From positions 1,949 to 65,948 of the forward strand of contig JAFXHU010000026.1 of assembly GCA_017533565.1 (NCBI GenBank): a stretch of DNA of 64,000 nucleotides. Direction: 5' to 3'. A program made the translations under genes and the position numbers. The notes under the pieces are model-generated. The model was not told the origin of the DNA, did not search any database, and was given only the letters and a program-made list of their open reading frames with translations. This document shows, piece by piece, positions 26,608-35,473 of the stretch (its first letter is position 1; each line of letters starts with the position of its first letter). This DNA comes from Clostridia bacterium (lineage in GTDB: Bacteria > Bacillota > Clostridia > Oscillospirales > CAG-272).

Positions 26608-27981
26608 CTAAACGCTTACCTCGTGCATAAGGTCAAACGCCGACCTTTTGAGTCCGCGGTTCGATACGGCGAGGAATATTACGCTTATAACGAAGGAGAT
26701 GCTCTCCGAAATCGGCATACACCACCATATTGCATCGATGCCGAATACCGCGGGAAGTATAATTACCAGCACTATCGGAAGCAAAAGCCCGCGAAGTATT
26801 GCGACGGTAAAGGACATCCATTGCTTCAAAATGGATTGGAAATAAAAGCTTGCGGCGAGGGTTATTCCCACAAGTGGAAGCGCGAGCGAATAAATGCGAA
26901 TAATGCGCGGTCCTATCGCGACAATCCTATCGTTTACGTCCATATAAATTCGCAAAACGGTTTCGGGAAAAAGCTCGACGAAAAGGAAGCAAGTAAGGCT
27001 TAACACCGTGGCGGAAATAAGGGCAACTTTGAGCGAAGCCCGCACCCGTGTCAGCTTTTTTGCTCCGAAATTTTGCGAGGCAATGGGCTGCATTGCCGTT
27101 CCCGTGGCGTTGAGAAGACAGTAAAACATTACCGTAACTGTAGCCGCCGTGCCGTAAACGGCAAGATGGTCGGTGGTAAGCTCCGTAACGATTTTGTTGT
27201 TGAACACGGTGGTTGTAACTCCAAAGGCAACCTCAATCGCAAACGCCGAAATACCGAGCGTAAAAATTCTCCAAAGCCGTGTGCCGATTCGGTTGGGGCG
27301 CACGAGCTTAAGACAGCACTTTTTCGTAAAGAAATAGGAAAAAATGATTACGAAAGCCACCAGCTGTCCTATCGAGGTGGCAAGTCCCGCGCCCGCAACT
27401 CCAAGCCCCGCACCGAAATCGAATACCAAAAGCACGTCCAAAATCATATTGATTACACCGCCCACAACGGTGGCTACGGTAGGGATTACCGCCTCTCCGT
27501 CGTTTCGCATAAAGGAGGCAAGCGTCGCGCACAGCGTAAATGTGGGGGAGATTATTGCAACGCTCCTCATATACGAAACGGCAAGCTCCAAAACAACGGG
27601 GTCATCCGCGCCGAAAAAGACGAGAAGCTCGCGCGGAAAAATAACGAAGGAGAGCATAATCAAAAGCGAGGAAAGAAGCGCAAGCGCCGTTGCAACCGTG
27701 AAATATTGGTTAGCCGAGTGGGAGTTGCCCGCCCCCTTTCGGTTTGCAGCCATAACCGAGCCGCCCACTCCCGCAAGCACACCGGGGGCAAACATCATCG
27801 ACCACATAGGGTTGATGCAGGCAATGGCGGAGGAGCCGTTTGCGCCCGCGTAATGCCCGACGCAAATCATATCGACCGCGGAATATATCGTTTGAACTAT
27901 CGTGCTTCCGACCGCGGAAATAAAAAGGAGAAAGAAAACTTTGTTTACCCGCCCGTTAAGAAGGTCAACCTTCATATTCAA
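26608..27981 (-). CDS. MATE family efflux transporter
   Basis: 457 aa, 12-TM pattern, typical MATE N-terminus (FFLLFISAVGSTIVQTIYSAVDMICVGHY). Confidence 0.9.
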   Translation of the reverse strand: MNMKVDLLNGRVNKVFFLLFISAVGSTIVQTIYSAVDMICVGHYAGANGSSAIACINPMWSMMFAPGVLAGVGGSVMAANRKGAGNSHSANQYFTVATALALLSSLLIMLSFVIFPRELLVFFGADDPVVLELAVSYMRSVAIISPTFTLCATLASFMRNDGEAVIPTVATVVGGVINMILDVLLVFDFGAGLGVAGAGLATSIGQLVAFVIIFSYFFTKKCCLKLVRPNRIGTRLWRIFTLGISAFAIEVAFGVTTTVFNNKIVTELTTDHLAVYGTAATVTVMFYCLLNATGTAMQPIASQNFGAKKLTRVRASLKVALISATVLSLTCFLFVELFPETVLRIYMDVNDRIVAIGPRIIRIYSLALPLVGITLAASFYFQSILKQWMSFTVAILRGLLLPIVLVIILPAVFGIDAIWWCMPISESISFVISVIFLAVSNRGLKRSAFDLMHEVSV

Positions 27982-28025
27982 ATCTCCTTTCTTCGTTTTT
28001 TAATGCAGTTTGTTTGGGTGCGCTT

Positions 28026-28520
28026 TTACCACTTGATATTTACGCGCTTTACGAGCAGAGCGCCCGCAGTGCCGACCGCGATACCCGCAACGGTTCCCGA
28101 AATCAAAAGGAAGGGCAGGTAGTAGCCGATTATGTTTGTTTCAAGAAGAATGCAGGCAACGCCGATTTGCGCGACGTTGTGCGCTATTCCGCCCACCGTG
28201 CTTACGGTAACGGGCGAAAGCGGAGTAAGCTGCTTTAAGAGTATCATAAGCAAAAGGCTTAAGGCTGCTCCGGCGAGGCTGTACCAAAGGCTTACGGTGT
28301 TTCCGAAAAGCACCGAAACGAGTATAACGCGGATTATTGATATTACGAGGGCGTCCCATTTTCCGAGCTTGTAAAGGGCGAAAACCACCGCTATATTGGC
28401 AAGCCCGACCTTTATCCCCGGAATGGGAACGAAGGTGGGAAGGCGCGACTCTATAAACGAGAGTATCATCGCAAGCGACACCACAACCGAGAGGGTGACG
28501 AGCCTTTTCGTTTTTTTCAT
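28026..28520 (-). CDS. Gx transporter family protein (formerly heptaprenyl diphosphate synthase component I-like)
   Basis: 164 aa, 5 TM helices. ESRLP...PG.K.GLANI motif. Confidence 0.7.
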   Translation of the reverse strand: MKKTKRLVTLSVVVSLAMILSFIESRLPTFVPIPGIKVGLANIAVVFALYKLGKWDALVISIIRVILVSVLFGNTVSLWYSLAGAALSLLLMILLKQLTPLSPVTVSTVGGIAHNVAQIGVACILLETNIIGYYLPFLLISGTVAGIAVGTAGALLVKRVNIKW

Positions 28521-28634
28521 TATATATCCTTACGACACGGGCGTGTCAAATCAATTTCAATTTTGTGTAAGCTTTTATTTACGTTTTGCACCGATGCATC
28601 GGTGCGTTTTTTTTGTGCAAGGTCTGCCCTACGG

Positions 28635-29030
28635 TCAGCTTACAAGCTCAAATCCGCTGTCGTCCTTTCCGACGATTTGAACGGTTAGCTTGTTTGGCAG
28701 GCAGGTGCGGCTTTGTCCGACGTATTTGATTTTACCGCGCGTGACGCAGGTTTTGTCGGGACAGTTTGCCTCCGTCAGATATGCGGCGCCGTTTTCGATT
28801 ACGAGAACGTTTGTCACGGGATTTTCCGCCGTGGCGGTAGCACCGCTTAACTCGTAGGTTGCGTTTACGTTAAGGGGATATTCGCCGACGGTAACTCCGT
28901 CAACGCTTACAACAACGAGGCTTCCCTCCCTTCGGAAGGCTAAAACGAGGGTCAGCGAGATTACGGCAACGAGAAGGATTGCGGATATAACGATAATATC
29001 CCATTTATGCTTTTTTATAAGCTCCGTCAT
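28635..29030 (-). CDS. NusG domain II-containing membrane-anchored protein
   Basis: About 131 aa from MTELIKKHKWD (GGAGGAGG RBS). N-terminal TM helix. C-terminal CPDKTC...C pattern typical of NusG_II proteins that sit next to Gx transporters. Confidence 0.65.
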   Translation of the reverse strand: MTELIKKHKWDIIVISAILLVAVISLTLVLAFRREGSLVVVSVDGVTVGEYPLNVNATYELSGATATAENPVTNVLVIENGAAYLTEANCPDKTCVTRGKIKYVGQSRTCLPNKLTVQIVGKDDSGFELVS

Positions 29031-29139
29031 TTTTCCTCCTCCTTTTGCTTTTTGGATTTTAAATTTATGAATTGGCCTTGCGCTTTCCCTACAACGCCGC
29101 CCCGAAAAGGGGCGGCGCATAGGCTTTTGCTTTTAAAAA

Positions 29140-29952
29140 TCAGAAATGCGCTCCGCAGATAAAGTTACCCTCGTGAATGCAATGAACGGGACAAACTCCC
29201 GCGCAAGCACCGCAGCCGGTGCATTTCGAATAATCAATGGTAGCGAGATTGTCAACCACGTGGATTGCATCGTGGGGACAGGTTTTTTCGCACTTTTTAC
29301 AGCCGATACAGCCGTTGGTGCAATATTTTCTTACGTTTGCGCCCGTGTCGTGATTGGAGCATTCGACAACTACGCGCGAGGTATCGTTTATAAGGTGAAT
29401 GATGCCGTTGGGGCAGATGCGCGTGCAAATACCGCAGCCGACGCATTTTCTCGGGTCAACGCGCGCAACGCCGTTTTCGATGCTTATCGCGTTTTCGGGA
29501 CATACGTTTACACAGTCGCCGTAGCCGAGGCAGGCGTATATGCAATACCTATCGCCGTTGTAGGCGAGGTTTGCCGTGCGGCAGGTCTTTTGACCGACGT
29601 AGTCGTACTTCTTCTGCACGACGTCGCAGGTGCCGTTGCAGGCAACGTAGGCAACCTTTTCAACGACGTCCTCCGCAGCAACTCCGAGCGTGTCGGCAAT
29701 AGCTTTTGCAGCCCCGTCGCCGCCGGGCGCGCAGAGATTAGTGCGGGTTTCCGTACCGTCGGCAAGTGCCTTCGCATATCCGTCACAGCCCGAATAGCCA
29801 CAGCCGCCGCAGTTTGCACCGGGAAGGCAATCGCGAATGGCAACCGCCCTCTCGTCCTCCTTTACCGCGAAGAAAATGGAGGCTACCGTAAGCAGCGCGG
29901 CACAAAGAATGCCGATTGCCGCAAGAATTAAAACGGGAATTAAAATTTCCAT
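29140..29952 (-). CDS. rnfB: Rnf complex subunit B (polyferredoxin)
   Basis: N-terminal TM helix, CGGCGYSGC cluster and several CxxCxxCxxxCP ferredoxin motifs. Confidence 0.9.
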   Translation of the reverse strand: MEILIPVLILAAIGILCAALLTVASIFFAVKEDERAVAIRDCLPGANCGGCGYSGCDGYAKALADGTETRTNLCAPGGDGAAKAIADTLGVAAEDVVEKVAYVACNGTCDVVQKKYDYVGQKTCRTANLAYNGDRYCIYACLGYGDCVNVCPENAISIENGVARVDPRKCVGCGICTRICPNGIIHLINDTSRVVVECSNHDTGANVRKYCTNGCIGCKKCEKTCPHDAIHVVDNLATIDYSKCTGCGACAGVCPVHCIHEGNFICGAHF

Positions 29953-29961
29953 AGATCCTCC

Positions 29962-30564
29962 TTATGCGAAAAGGTTCTGTACCACACCGTTAAAGCCGAG
30001 GAATGCCATTGCGACAATCGAGGCGGCAATAAGCGTTATGGGAAGACCGCGCACGGGCTTCGGCGAGGGACAGTTCTCGATGCGGGAGCGAACGCCCGCG
30101 AAGAGTATCATAGCAAGAAGAAAGCCAAGACCTACGCCAAGGGATGCGGACATAGAGGTAAGGAAGTCTCTTGCCGTATCGATATTTTCCTCCGCGATAC
30201 CGAGAACCGCGCAGTTGGTGGTGATAAGCGGGAGATAAACGCCGAGCGACTTGTAAAGCGAGGGGATAAACCTTTTAAGAATAATCTCCACGAACTGTAC
30301 GAGCGCGGCGATAACGAGAATGAATACGATTGTGCGAAGGTAGGTAAGCTCGAATTCCTTGAGAAGGTATTCGTAAATAGGCCAGGTAACCGCCGTTGCG
30401 CAAAGCATAACGAAGATTACGGCAATACCCATACCCGCCGCCTGCTGGAATTTCTTCGAAACTCCGAGGAAGGGGCAAATACCCGTGGTTTTTGCAAGGA
30501 CGTAGTTATCGGTAAGAATACCTGCAAGAAGCACGGTCAAAAGAGTTTTAAGCATTTCAGGCAT
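29962..30564 (-). CDS. rnfA: Rnf complex subunit A
   Basis: DNYVLAKTTGICPFLGVS motif. 6-TM protein. The ATG at 30555 is an alternative start. Confidence 0.9.
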   Translation of the reverse strand: MPEMLKTLLTVLLAGILTDNYVLAKTTGICPFLGVSKKFQQAAGMGIAVIFVMLCATAVTWPIYEYLLKEFELTYLRTIVFILVIAALVQFVEIILKRFIPSLYKSLGVYLPLITTNCAVLGIAEENIDTARDFLTSMSASLGVGLGFLLAMILFAGVRSRIENCPSPKPVRGLPITLIAASIVAMAFLGFNGVVQNLFA

Positions 30565-31348
30565 TTTCCTCTACCTCCTTCTTTTCTGCAATTTCCGCTT
30601 CCTTTATCTGCTCCGCAGCCTCGGAGGCGTCGGACGCAAGCTCGGTAATTTCGGAGCAGGACGTCTTCGTGCAAAGGTGTGCGGAGGGACAGCCGTCGCA
30701 GGAGAAGCTCTTGCGCTTTACGCCGCCCTTCTTTTCGGTGATTTTATTCATAACGGCAATCATAATACCGAAAATGAGGAAGCCGCCCGGAGCCTGTGCG
30801 AGAATCGGGATTCTGATATCGTAGATAAAGGGAATTTTTATTGCCTCGACGCCAAACGCCGCAAGACCGGAAAGGACGGTGCCCGAGCCGAAAACCTCGC
30901 GCACGAGTGCCATTGCCAAAAGCGCGACGGTAAAGCCAAGACCCATTCCGAGTCCGTCGAGCGCGGAGTCAAGCGGCTTGTTCTTTCTTGCGAACATTTC
31001 CGCACGTCCGAGGACGATACAGTTAACGACGATAAGCGAAAGCCATCTTCCGAGAAGGTCGTAAATCGGCTCGAGATAAGCCTGCATAAGCATTTGCACC
31101 GCGGTAACGAATGCCGCGATAACGACGATGTAGCAGGGGATTCGTACCGAGTCGGGAATAACCTTGCGAAGCAGGGAGATAACTACGTTAGAGCCGATAA
31201 GAACGAGGGTTGCCGCAATACCCATAGATACCGCGGAAACGATGCTCGTCGAAACGGCAAGCGCGGGACAGGTGCCAAGCACGAGAATGAGAACGGGGTT
31301 TTCCGCGATAATACCGCGAAGAAGTATAGATAATTTATTCTGTTTCAT
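30557..31348 (-). CDS. rnfE: Rnf complex subunit E, with a Cys-containing acidic C-terminal tail of about 55 aa
   Basis: ENPVLILVLGTCPALAVS motif. The tail is KRKSFSCDGCPSAHLCTKTSCSE...EEVEENA. Confidence 0.9.
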   Translation of the reverse strand: MKQNKLSILLRGIIAENPVLILVLGTCPALAVSTSIVSAVSMGIAATLVLIGSNVVISLLRKVIPDSVRIPCYIVVIAAFVTAVQMLMQAYLEPIYDLLGRWLSLIVVNCIVLGRAEMFARKNKPLDSALDGLGMGLGFTVALLAMALVREVFGSGTVLSGLAAFGVEAIKIPFIYDIRIPILAQAPGGFLIFGIMIAVMNKITEKKGGVKRKSFSCDGCPSAHLCTKTSCSEITELASDASEAAEQIKEAEIAEKKEVEENA

Positions 31349-31369
31349 TATTATTCTCCTTTCGCGGAA

Positions 31370-32665
31370 TTAATTTGATGCTTCAAGCGCGATTACAACG
31401 TCGAAAGCGTCGAGCAGCGCCTGTTGATAATAAACGGTGGTGAAGGTTGCGCCCGCAATAACCGCAGGACCGGTTGCGGTGGAGGGAATCTGGTCGATGA
31501 TTACCGAATAATCGTCGCTTTCCTCGGGAACGAGGGTGGAGAAGCCGAGGTCGAGAATTTCCTCGCGGCTTGCTCCGCGAATGCTCTCGTAGAAGTATTC
31601 CTTTGCACAGGCGTCGCCGTAGTTTTTGGACTCGCCCTGCTTCGTGGTGATAACGTCGATAACCCTGCCGTCGGGGGTGATGGATACGGTAAAGTAAATG
31701 TTGGTGTTTTCTCCGCCGTAAACGTGCTCGCCCTTCGTATGGTAGCTGCCCACGGTAACCATTTCGATTACGTAGTTGCCGCTGTCGGTTTTGGACACCT
31801 TAAGAACGTTGCTCTTAAAGCCGTTTACACCGATGGTTATTTCGGTGAGGCTCGATGCGGAGTAGGCTGCGTACGCCTCCTCTGCCGCCGTCCTTTGGTC
31901 CGACGTGGGTGCGGTAGTCGCGCCCGTCTTGTCGTATGCACCTACCGCAAGCTGTGCGGTGCCCGATTTTACGCCGACGAGTGCTTCGCCGATAAGCATT
32001 ACTACGCCGTCCTCGCTGCTGTCGGTAAGGTAAACCGCAGAAACGCCCGAAAGGCTTTCGGTAGCAAACCATCTGGTGAATTTCTTGCCCTCCGTGCCGA
32101 GCGCGACGTTGAGATTGTCGGCAAAAATTTGCTCGGGTGTACGGGTATCTACCGCTTCGCCTTTAAGAGTGCCGTATGCCTGAAGCGCGGCAAGCACTCC
32201 GTCGTAGTAGGCGGCGGAGGTCAAGGAGTTGGGGGTCGCACCCGCGGCAATTATCTTGCCGACGGTATCTACGGTTGCGTTGTTGTACGAGCCGTTAAGG
32301 CTTCCCTCAAGTCCGTAGGTTTCGTTTGAGGAGATGCATTTCGTGTTAACGATTTTGCCCTCGTTATCAATACCAATCATAAGGGTAAAGCCGTTTGCGT
32401 AGCCCTTCGTCACGGTTTTGAAAACGTAGCCCTCGTTTGCGCGCCACACGTCGGTGACGGCGGGGAATGCCGCAAGCTGCTCAAGCGACTCAAGCTTTTC
32501 AAAGCCCGTGCCGCCGGGAAGCACCTCGAGAAGCGCTTCGTTTGCCGCGGCGTTTTGTCTTTTTGCGATTTCGGGCGCGGTAAAAATATTTATGCCCGAA
32601 AGAAGGAGCGCAACTACAAGACAGATTGAGGTAAGAACTATCGTAGGTTTAAGCTTTTCGAGCAT
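31370..32665 (-). CDS. rnfG: Rnf complex subunit G, double length, with two FMN-bind-like modules
   Basis: 431 aa, N-terminal TM helix. Two GAT motifs (IAAGATPNS and VIAGATFTT). Position between rnfD and rnfE. Confidence 0.8.
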   Translation of the reverse strand: MLEKLKPTIVLTSICLVVALLLSGINIFTAPEIAKRQNAAANEALLEVLPGGTGFEKLESLEQLAAFPAVTDVWRANEGYVFKTVTKGYANGFTLMIGIDNEGKIVNTKCISSNETYGLEGSLNGSYNNATVDTVGKIIAAGATPNSLTSAAYYDGVLAALQAYGTLKGEAVDTRTPEQIFADNLNVALGTEGKKFTRWFATESLSGVSAVYLTDSSEDGVVMLIGEALVGVKSGTAQLAVGAYDKTGATTAPTSDQRTAAEEAYAAYSASSLTEITIGVNGFKSNVLKVSKTDSGNYVIEMVTVGSYHTKGEHVYGGENTNIYFTVSITPDGRVIDVITTKQGESKNYGDACAKEYFYESIRGASREEILDLGFSTLVPEESDDYSVIIDQIPSTATGPAVIAGATFTTVYYQQALLDAFDVVIALEASN

Positions 32666-33624
32666 TACGCCTTACCTCCTTTCTTCGACACCGCGCCAAG
32701 AGGCTTCGGGGCGCAGAGCTTTTCGATATAGGGGGAGATAATGTTCATAAGAAGAATTGCGTAGGACACACCCTCGGGAAGGCTTCCGAAATAACGGATA
32801 ATCACGGTAAAGAGCGCACAGCCGAAGGCGAATACAACCTTTCCCCAGCTTGTGACGGGGGAGGTGACGTAGTCGGTTGCCATAAAGATTGCGCCGATAA
32901 GAAGGCCGCCGCCAAGCACGTGGTAAACCGAGGCGGTGAGGTCAAAGCCTCCGAAAAGGAGCGAAAGCAGGAAGGTCGCGCCGACAAATACGACGGGAGT
33001 GTGCCAGGTGATTACCTTTTTGATAAGAAGGTATGCAAATCCGACGAGCAGCGCAATTGCACAGGTTTCGCCAATTGCACCTCCGCGGTTGCCGACGAGC
33101 ATATCGGTAAGAGAGGGAAGGGCGGTTGCATCTGCGCCCGCCTTTATAGCCGCGAGGGGGGTTGCTCCAGCGGTAAGCTCGGAAAAGGCGGTTTTCGTGC
33201 CTCCCGCAACGGTTGTGCCGAAGGAGATGAGCATAAAAATTCTCGCGGTGATTGCGGGGTTTGCAAAGTTACAGCCGATTCCGCCGAAAAGGCACTTTAC
33301 AACTACGATTGCGAAAACCGCGCCGACCATAACCTGCCACCATTTCGTGGAGGCGGGAAGCGTAAGCGCGAGCAAAAGTCCCGTAACTGCGGCGGAAAGG
33401 TCGCCGATTGTCTGACGCTTTTTCGTTATAAGGTTGAAAACGAACTCGGAAAGCACCGCAGAGCAAACCGAAATTGCGATAAGCAAGAGCGCCTTCAGTC
33501 CGAAAAGCACAACCGCCATAACGGCTGCGGGTGAAAGTGCGATAAGCACGTCGAGCATTATTTTTCTCGTGCTTGCTCCCGAATGAAGGTGGGGAGAGGT
33601 CGATACTATTAAATTATTAGCCAT
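32665..33624 (-). CDS. rnfD: Rnf complex subunit D
   Basis: Start at MANNLIVSTSPHLH (33624). NQR2/RnfD family pattern with the TAGATPLAAIK flavinylation motif. Confidence 0.9.
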   Translation of the reverse strand: MANNLIVSTSPHLHSGASTRKIMLDVLIALSPAAVMAVVLFGLKALLLIAISVCSAVLSEFVFNLITKKRQTIGDLSAAVTGLLLALTLPASTKWWQVMVGAVFAIVVVKCLFGGIGCNFANPAITARIFMLISFGTTVAGGTKTAFSELTAGATPLAAIKAGADATALPSLTDMLVGNRGGAIGETCAIALLVGFAYLLIKKVITWHTPVVFVGATFLLSLLFGGFDLTASVYHVLGGGLLIGAIFMATDYVTSPVTSWGKVVFAFGCALFTVIIRYFGSLPEGVSYAILLMNIISPYIEKLCAPKPLGAVSKKGGKA

Positions 33625-33635
33625 TTTATTCTCCT

Positions 33636-34973
33636 TTACTTCTTGTCCTTCATATGGTCGTGGTGCTCTCTTACCACTCCCTTTGCAAGGCGGTTGTTTT
33701 GTACGAGGGGACGAAGCGCGGGGCATACGAAGGAGCAGCAGCCGCACTCCATACAAAGGTTGATTTTATATTCCTCGAGCCTTTGAACCTTGTCCTCCTT
33801 GGACTCGATTTCAAGAGCCTTCGAGAAGGCGGTGGGGGTAAGACCCATCGGGCAGGCGGTAACGCATCTTCCGCAGTGGATACATGCGGTGGAGTCATTC
33901 TTCACCGACTCCTCGCGCGTCATAACGGTGATGGCGTTCGTCGTCTTTCTTACAGGCTCGTCAAGCGAGCGAATCGGCACGCCCATCATAGGACCGCCGT
34001 AAAGCACCTTTCCGATTTCGCCCTTCGTTTCGCCCGCAAAGGCGATAACCTCGCCGATAGGCGTGCCGACGCAAACGGTAACGTTCATCGGATTTGCGAT
34101 AGCTCCGCCGTCAAGGGTGAGCGTTTTTTCAACGAGGGGCATACCCGTTTTTACGTAATCGGCAATCGTTGCAAGCGTGCTTACGTTAATCACGATAACA
34201 CCGACGTCGGCGGGAAGCTTTCCCTCGGGAACGATTCTTCCCGTGGTGTTGTGGATTATGATTTTTTCCGCGCCCTGCGGATATTTGGAGGGGAGGACGG
34301 TCACGCATACGCCCTCGACGTCCGCCATTGCCTCGCGAACGCTCGCGATAGCCTCCGCCTTGTTAGACTCGATACCGAAAACTATTCTCGTTACGGTGGG
34401 GGCAAAGCTCTTAAAGAGAAGCACGCCCTCCTTTACCGCGTCGATGCGGTCAATCATAGTGCGCGTGTCGGAGGTGATATACGGCTCGCACTCCGCGGCG
34501 TTGATAACGACCGTGTCGATGCCTCCCTTTTTGAGGGCGTCAAGCTTTACCGCGGTGGGGAAGCCCGCACCGCCAAGACCGATAGAGCCGGATTTTCTTA
34601 CAGCCTCGATAAAGCTGTCAAGGTCGGTTACCGTGGGGGGGACGACCTCCTCCGAAACCGTCATTTCTCCGTCGGACTGGATTCTGATTGCCTGTACCGT
34701 TTTACCGTTGGGGCAAAGGTAAGGCTCGATTTTCGTAACCTTTCCCGAAATGGGGGAATGCACCGCACTCGAAACGTATCCCGCAGGCTCCGCAACAAGC
34801 TGTCCGACCTTTACGGTGTCACCCGCCTTTACCACGGGGGTGGAGGGTGCGCCGATTTGTCCTCCCATAGGGAGAAGGACCTCTTTGGGCGGCGGCATCT
34901 TTACCGCGGGCATAGCGGCGGTATTCTTGCGATGGGGTACGTGCGTGTTACCCAAAAACTTAAACCCAAGCAT
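33636..34973 (-). CDS. rnfC: Rnf complex subunit C
   Basis: Start at MLGFKFLGNTHVPH (34973). GLGGAGFPT NADH/FMN motif. Two 4Fe-4S motifs (CIHCGRCVTACP, CMECGCCSFVCP). Confidence 0.9.
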   Translation of the reverse strand: MLGFKFLGNTHVPHRKNTAAMPAVKMPPPKEVLLPMGGQIGAPSTPVVKAGDTVKVGQLVAEPAGYVSSAVHSPISGKVTKIEPYLCPNGKTVQAIRIQSDGEMTVSEEVVPPTVTDLDSFIEAVRKSGSIGLGGAGFPTAVKLDALKKGGIDTVVINAAECEPYITSDTRTMIDRIDAVKEGVLLFKSFAPTVTRIVFGIESNKAEAIASVREAMADVEGVCVTVLPSKYPQGAEKIIIHNTTGRIVPEGKLPADVGVIVINVSTLATIADYVKTGMPLVEKTLTLDGGAIANPMNVTVCVGTPIGEVIAFAGETKGEIGKVLYGGPMMGVPIRSLDEPVRKTTNAITVMTREESVKNDSTACIHCGRCVTACPMGLTPTAFSKALEIESKEDKVQRLEEYKINLCMECGCCSFVCPALRPLVQNNRLAKGVVREHHDHMKDKK

Positions 34974-35063
34974 TGAAATATTCCTTCCGTTTTGTCGGTT
35001 ATCCCTGCGCCGAAATTGCTTTCGCGCGCAAAAATAACAGTATTTTATAATTTTATCCTTCCT

Positions 35064-35093
35064 ATTATAACCCAAAATCGGGCTGTTTGTCAA
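35064..35093 (-). promoter_or_regulatory. Candidate rnf operon promoter
   Basis: On the - strand: TTGACA, 18-bp spacer, TATAAT. Confidence 0.5.
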
Positions 35094-35112
35094 GGTCGCG
35101 CGTAAAAATACA

Positions 35113-35130
35113 TTGTTAAATAAATAACAA
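35113..35130. promoter_or_regulatory. Rex-box-like inverted repeat TTGTTAA-ATAA-ATAACAA
   Basis: One mismatch to the clostridial Rex consensus TTGTTAA-N4-TTAACAA. Lies 20 bp upstream of the -35 box. Confidence 0.4.
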
Positions 35131-35233
35131 GAGTGCGCGCGCACGGGGGCGCGCTTTGTGCAAAATGGCAATCGCCGACGGGTAGAGAGGCGGAAAACCG
35201 ATTGTTTTAAAAGGCGAAAGGCTCGCCGCGTGT

Positions 35234-35310
35234 ATTTCTCGCAAAAAACAAAAATGCCGCTGCACCGATTTCTCGCAAAAAACAAAAATGCCGCCGCGTG
35301 GATTTCTCTA
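35234..35310. repeat. 34-bp-period tandem repeat (2.3 copies)
   Basis: ATTTCTCGCAAAAAACAAAAATGCCGC occurs at 35234-35260 and 35268-35294 (27/27 identical). A third phased GATTTCTC lies at 35301. Confidence 0.8.
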
Positions 35311-35432
35311 AAAAGGCTTTCGTGCGGATTAAGGCGAAAAGAAAAGGCTAACTCGCGGAGCTTGTCGGCGGCGGTAGAAGGGCTTTGTACCTATTGCTTG
35401 CAAAAAGGAAAGCTATCTCACGTATCTCATTC

Positions 35433-35467
35433 AAAAAAGCTCCCGCGCCGATTTCGGACGCGAGAGC
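35433..35467 (-). terminator. Intrinsic terminator after apbE
   Basis: On the - strand: GCTCTCGCG...CGCGGGAGC stem followed by T6. Confidence 0.65.
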
Positions 35468-35473
35468 GTGTGA

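Noticed and set aside
26335-27003. 222-aa + strand ORF
   Set aside because: Its 3' half is antisense to the well-supported MATE gene. Its 5' half lies in T/G-rich intergenic DNA with no RBS.
33654-34976. Long antisense ORFs opposite real genes, for example 639-1475, 29146-29931, 33654-34976, 36730-37794, 39119-40399, 43850-44788, 51063-51917 and 62862-63830
   Set aside because: These are typical shadow frames of GC-rich coding DNA. They are Arg/Gly/Cys/Val-rich, lack RBSs, and the opposite strand carries recognisable conserved proteins.
34974-35285. N-terminal extensions offered by the ORF track: rnfC to 35285, rnfD to 33756, M16 peptidase to 5750, heparinase to 17614, NusG-II to 29120, lipoprotein to 37812
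   Set aside because: The extensions are Arg/Lys-rich, have no homology pattern and lack RBSs. Internal Met codons with GGAGG-type RBSs match the canonical N-termini.
35234-35310. CRISPR array
   Set aside because: There are only 2.3 copies with a 34-bp period. The 'spacers' are 7 nt long, and there are no cas genes in the window.
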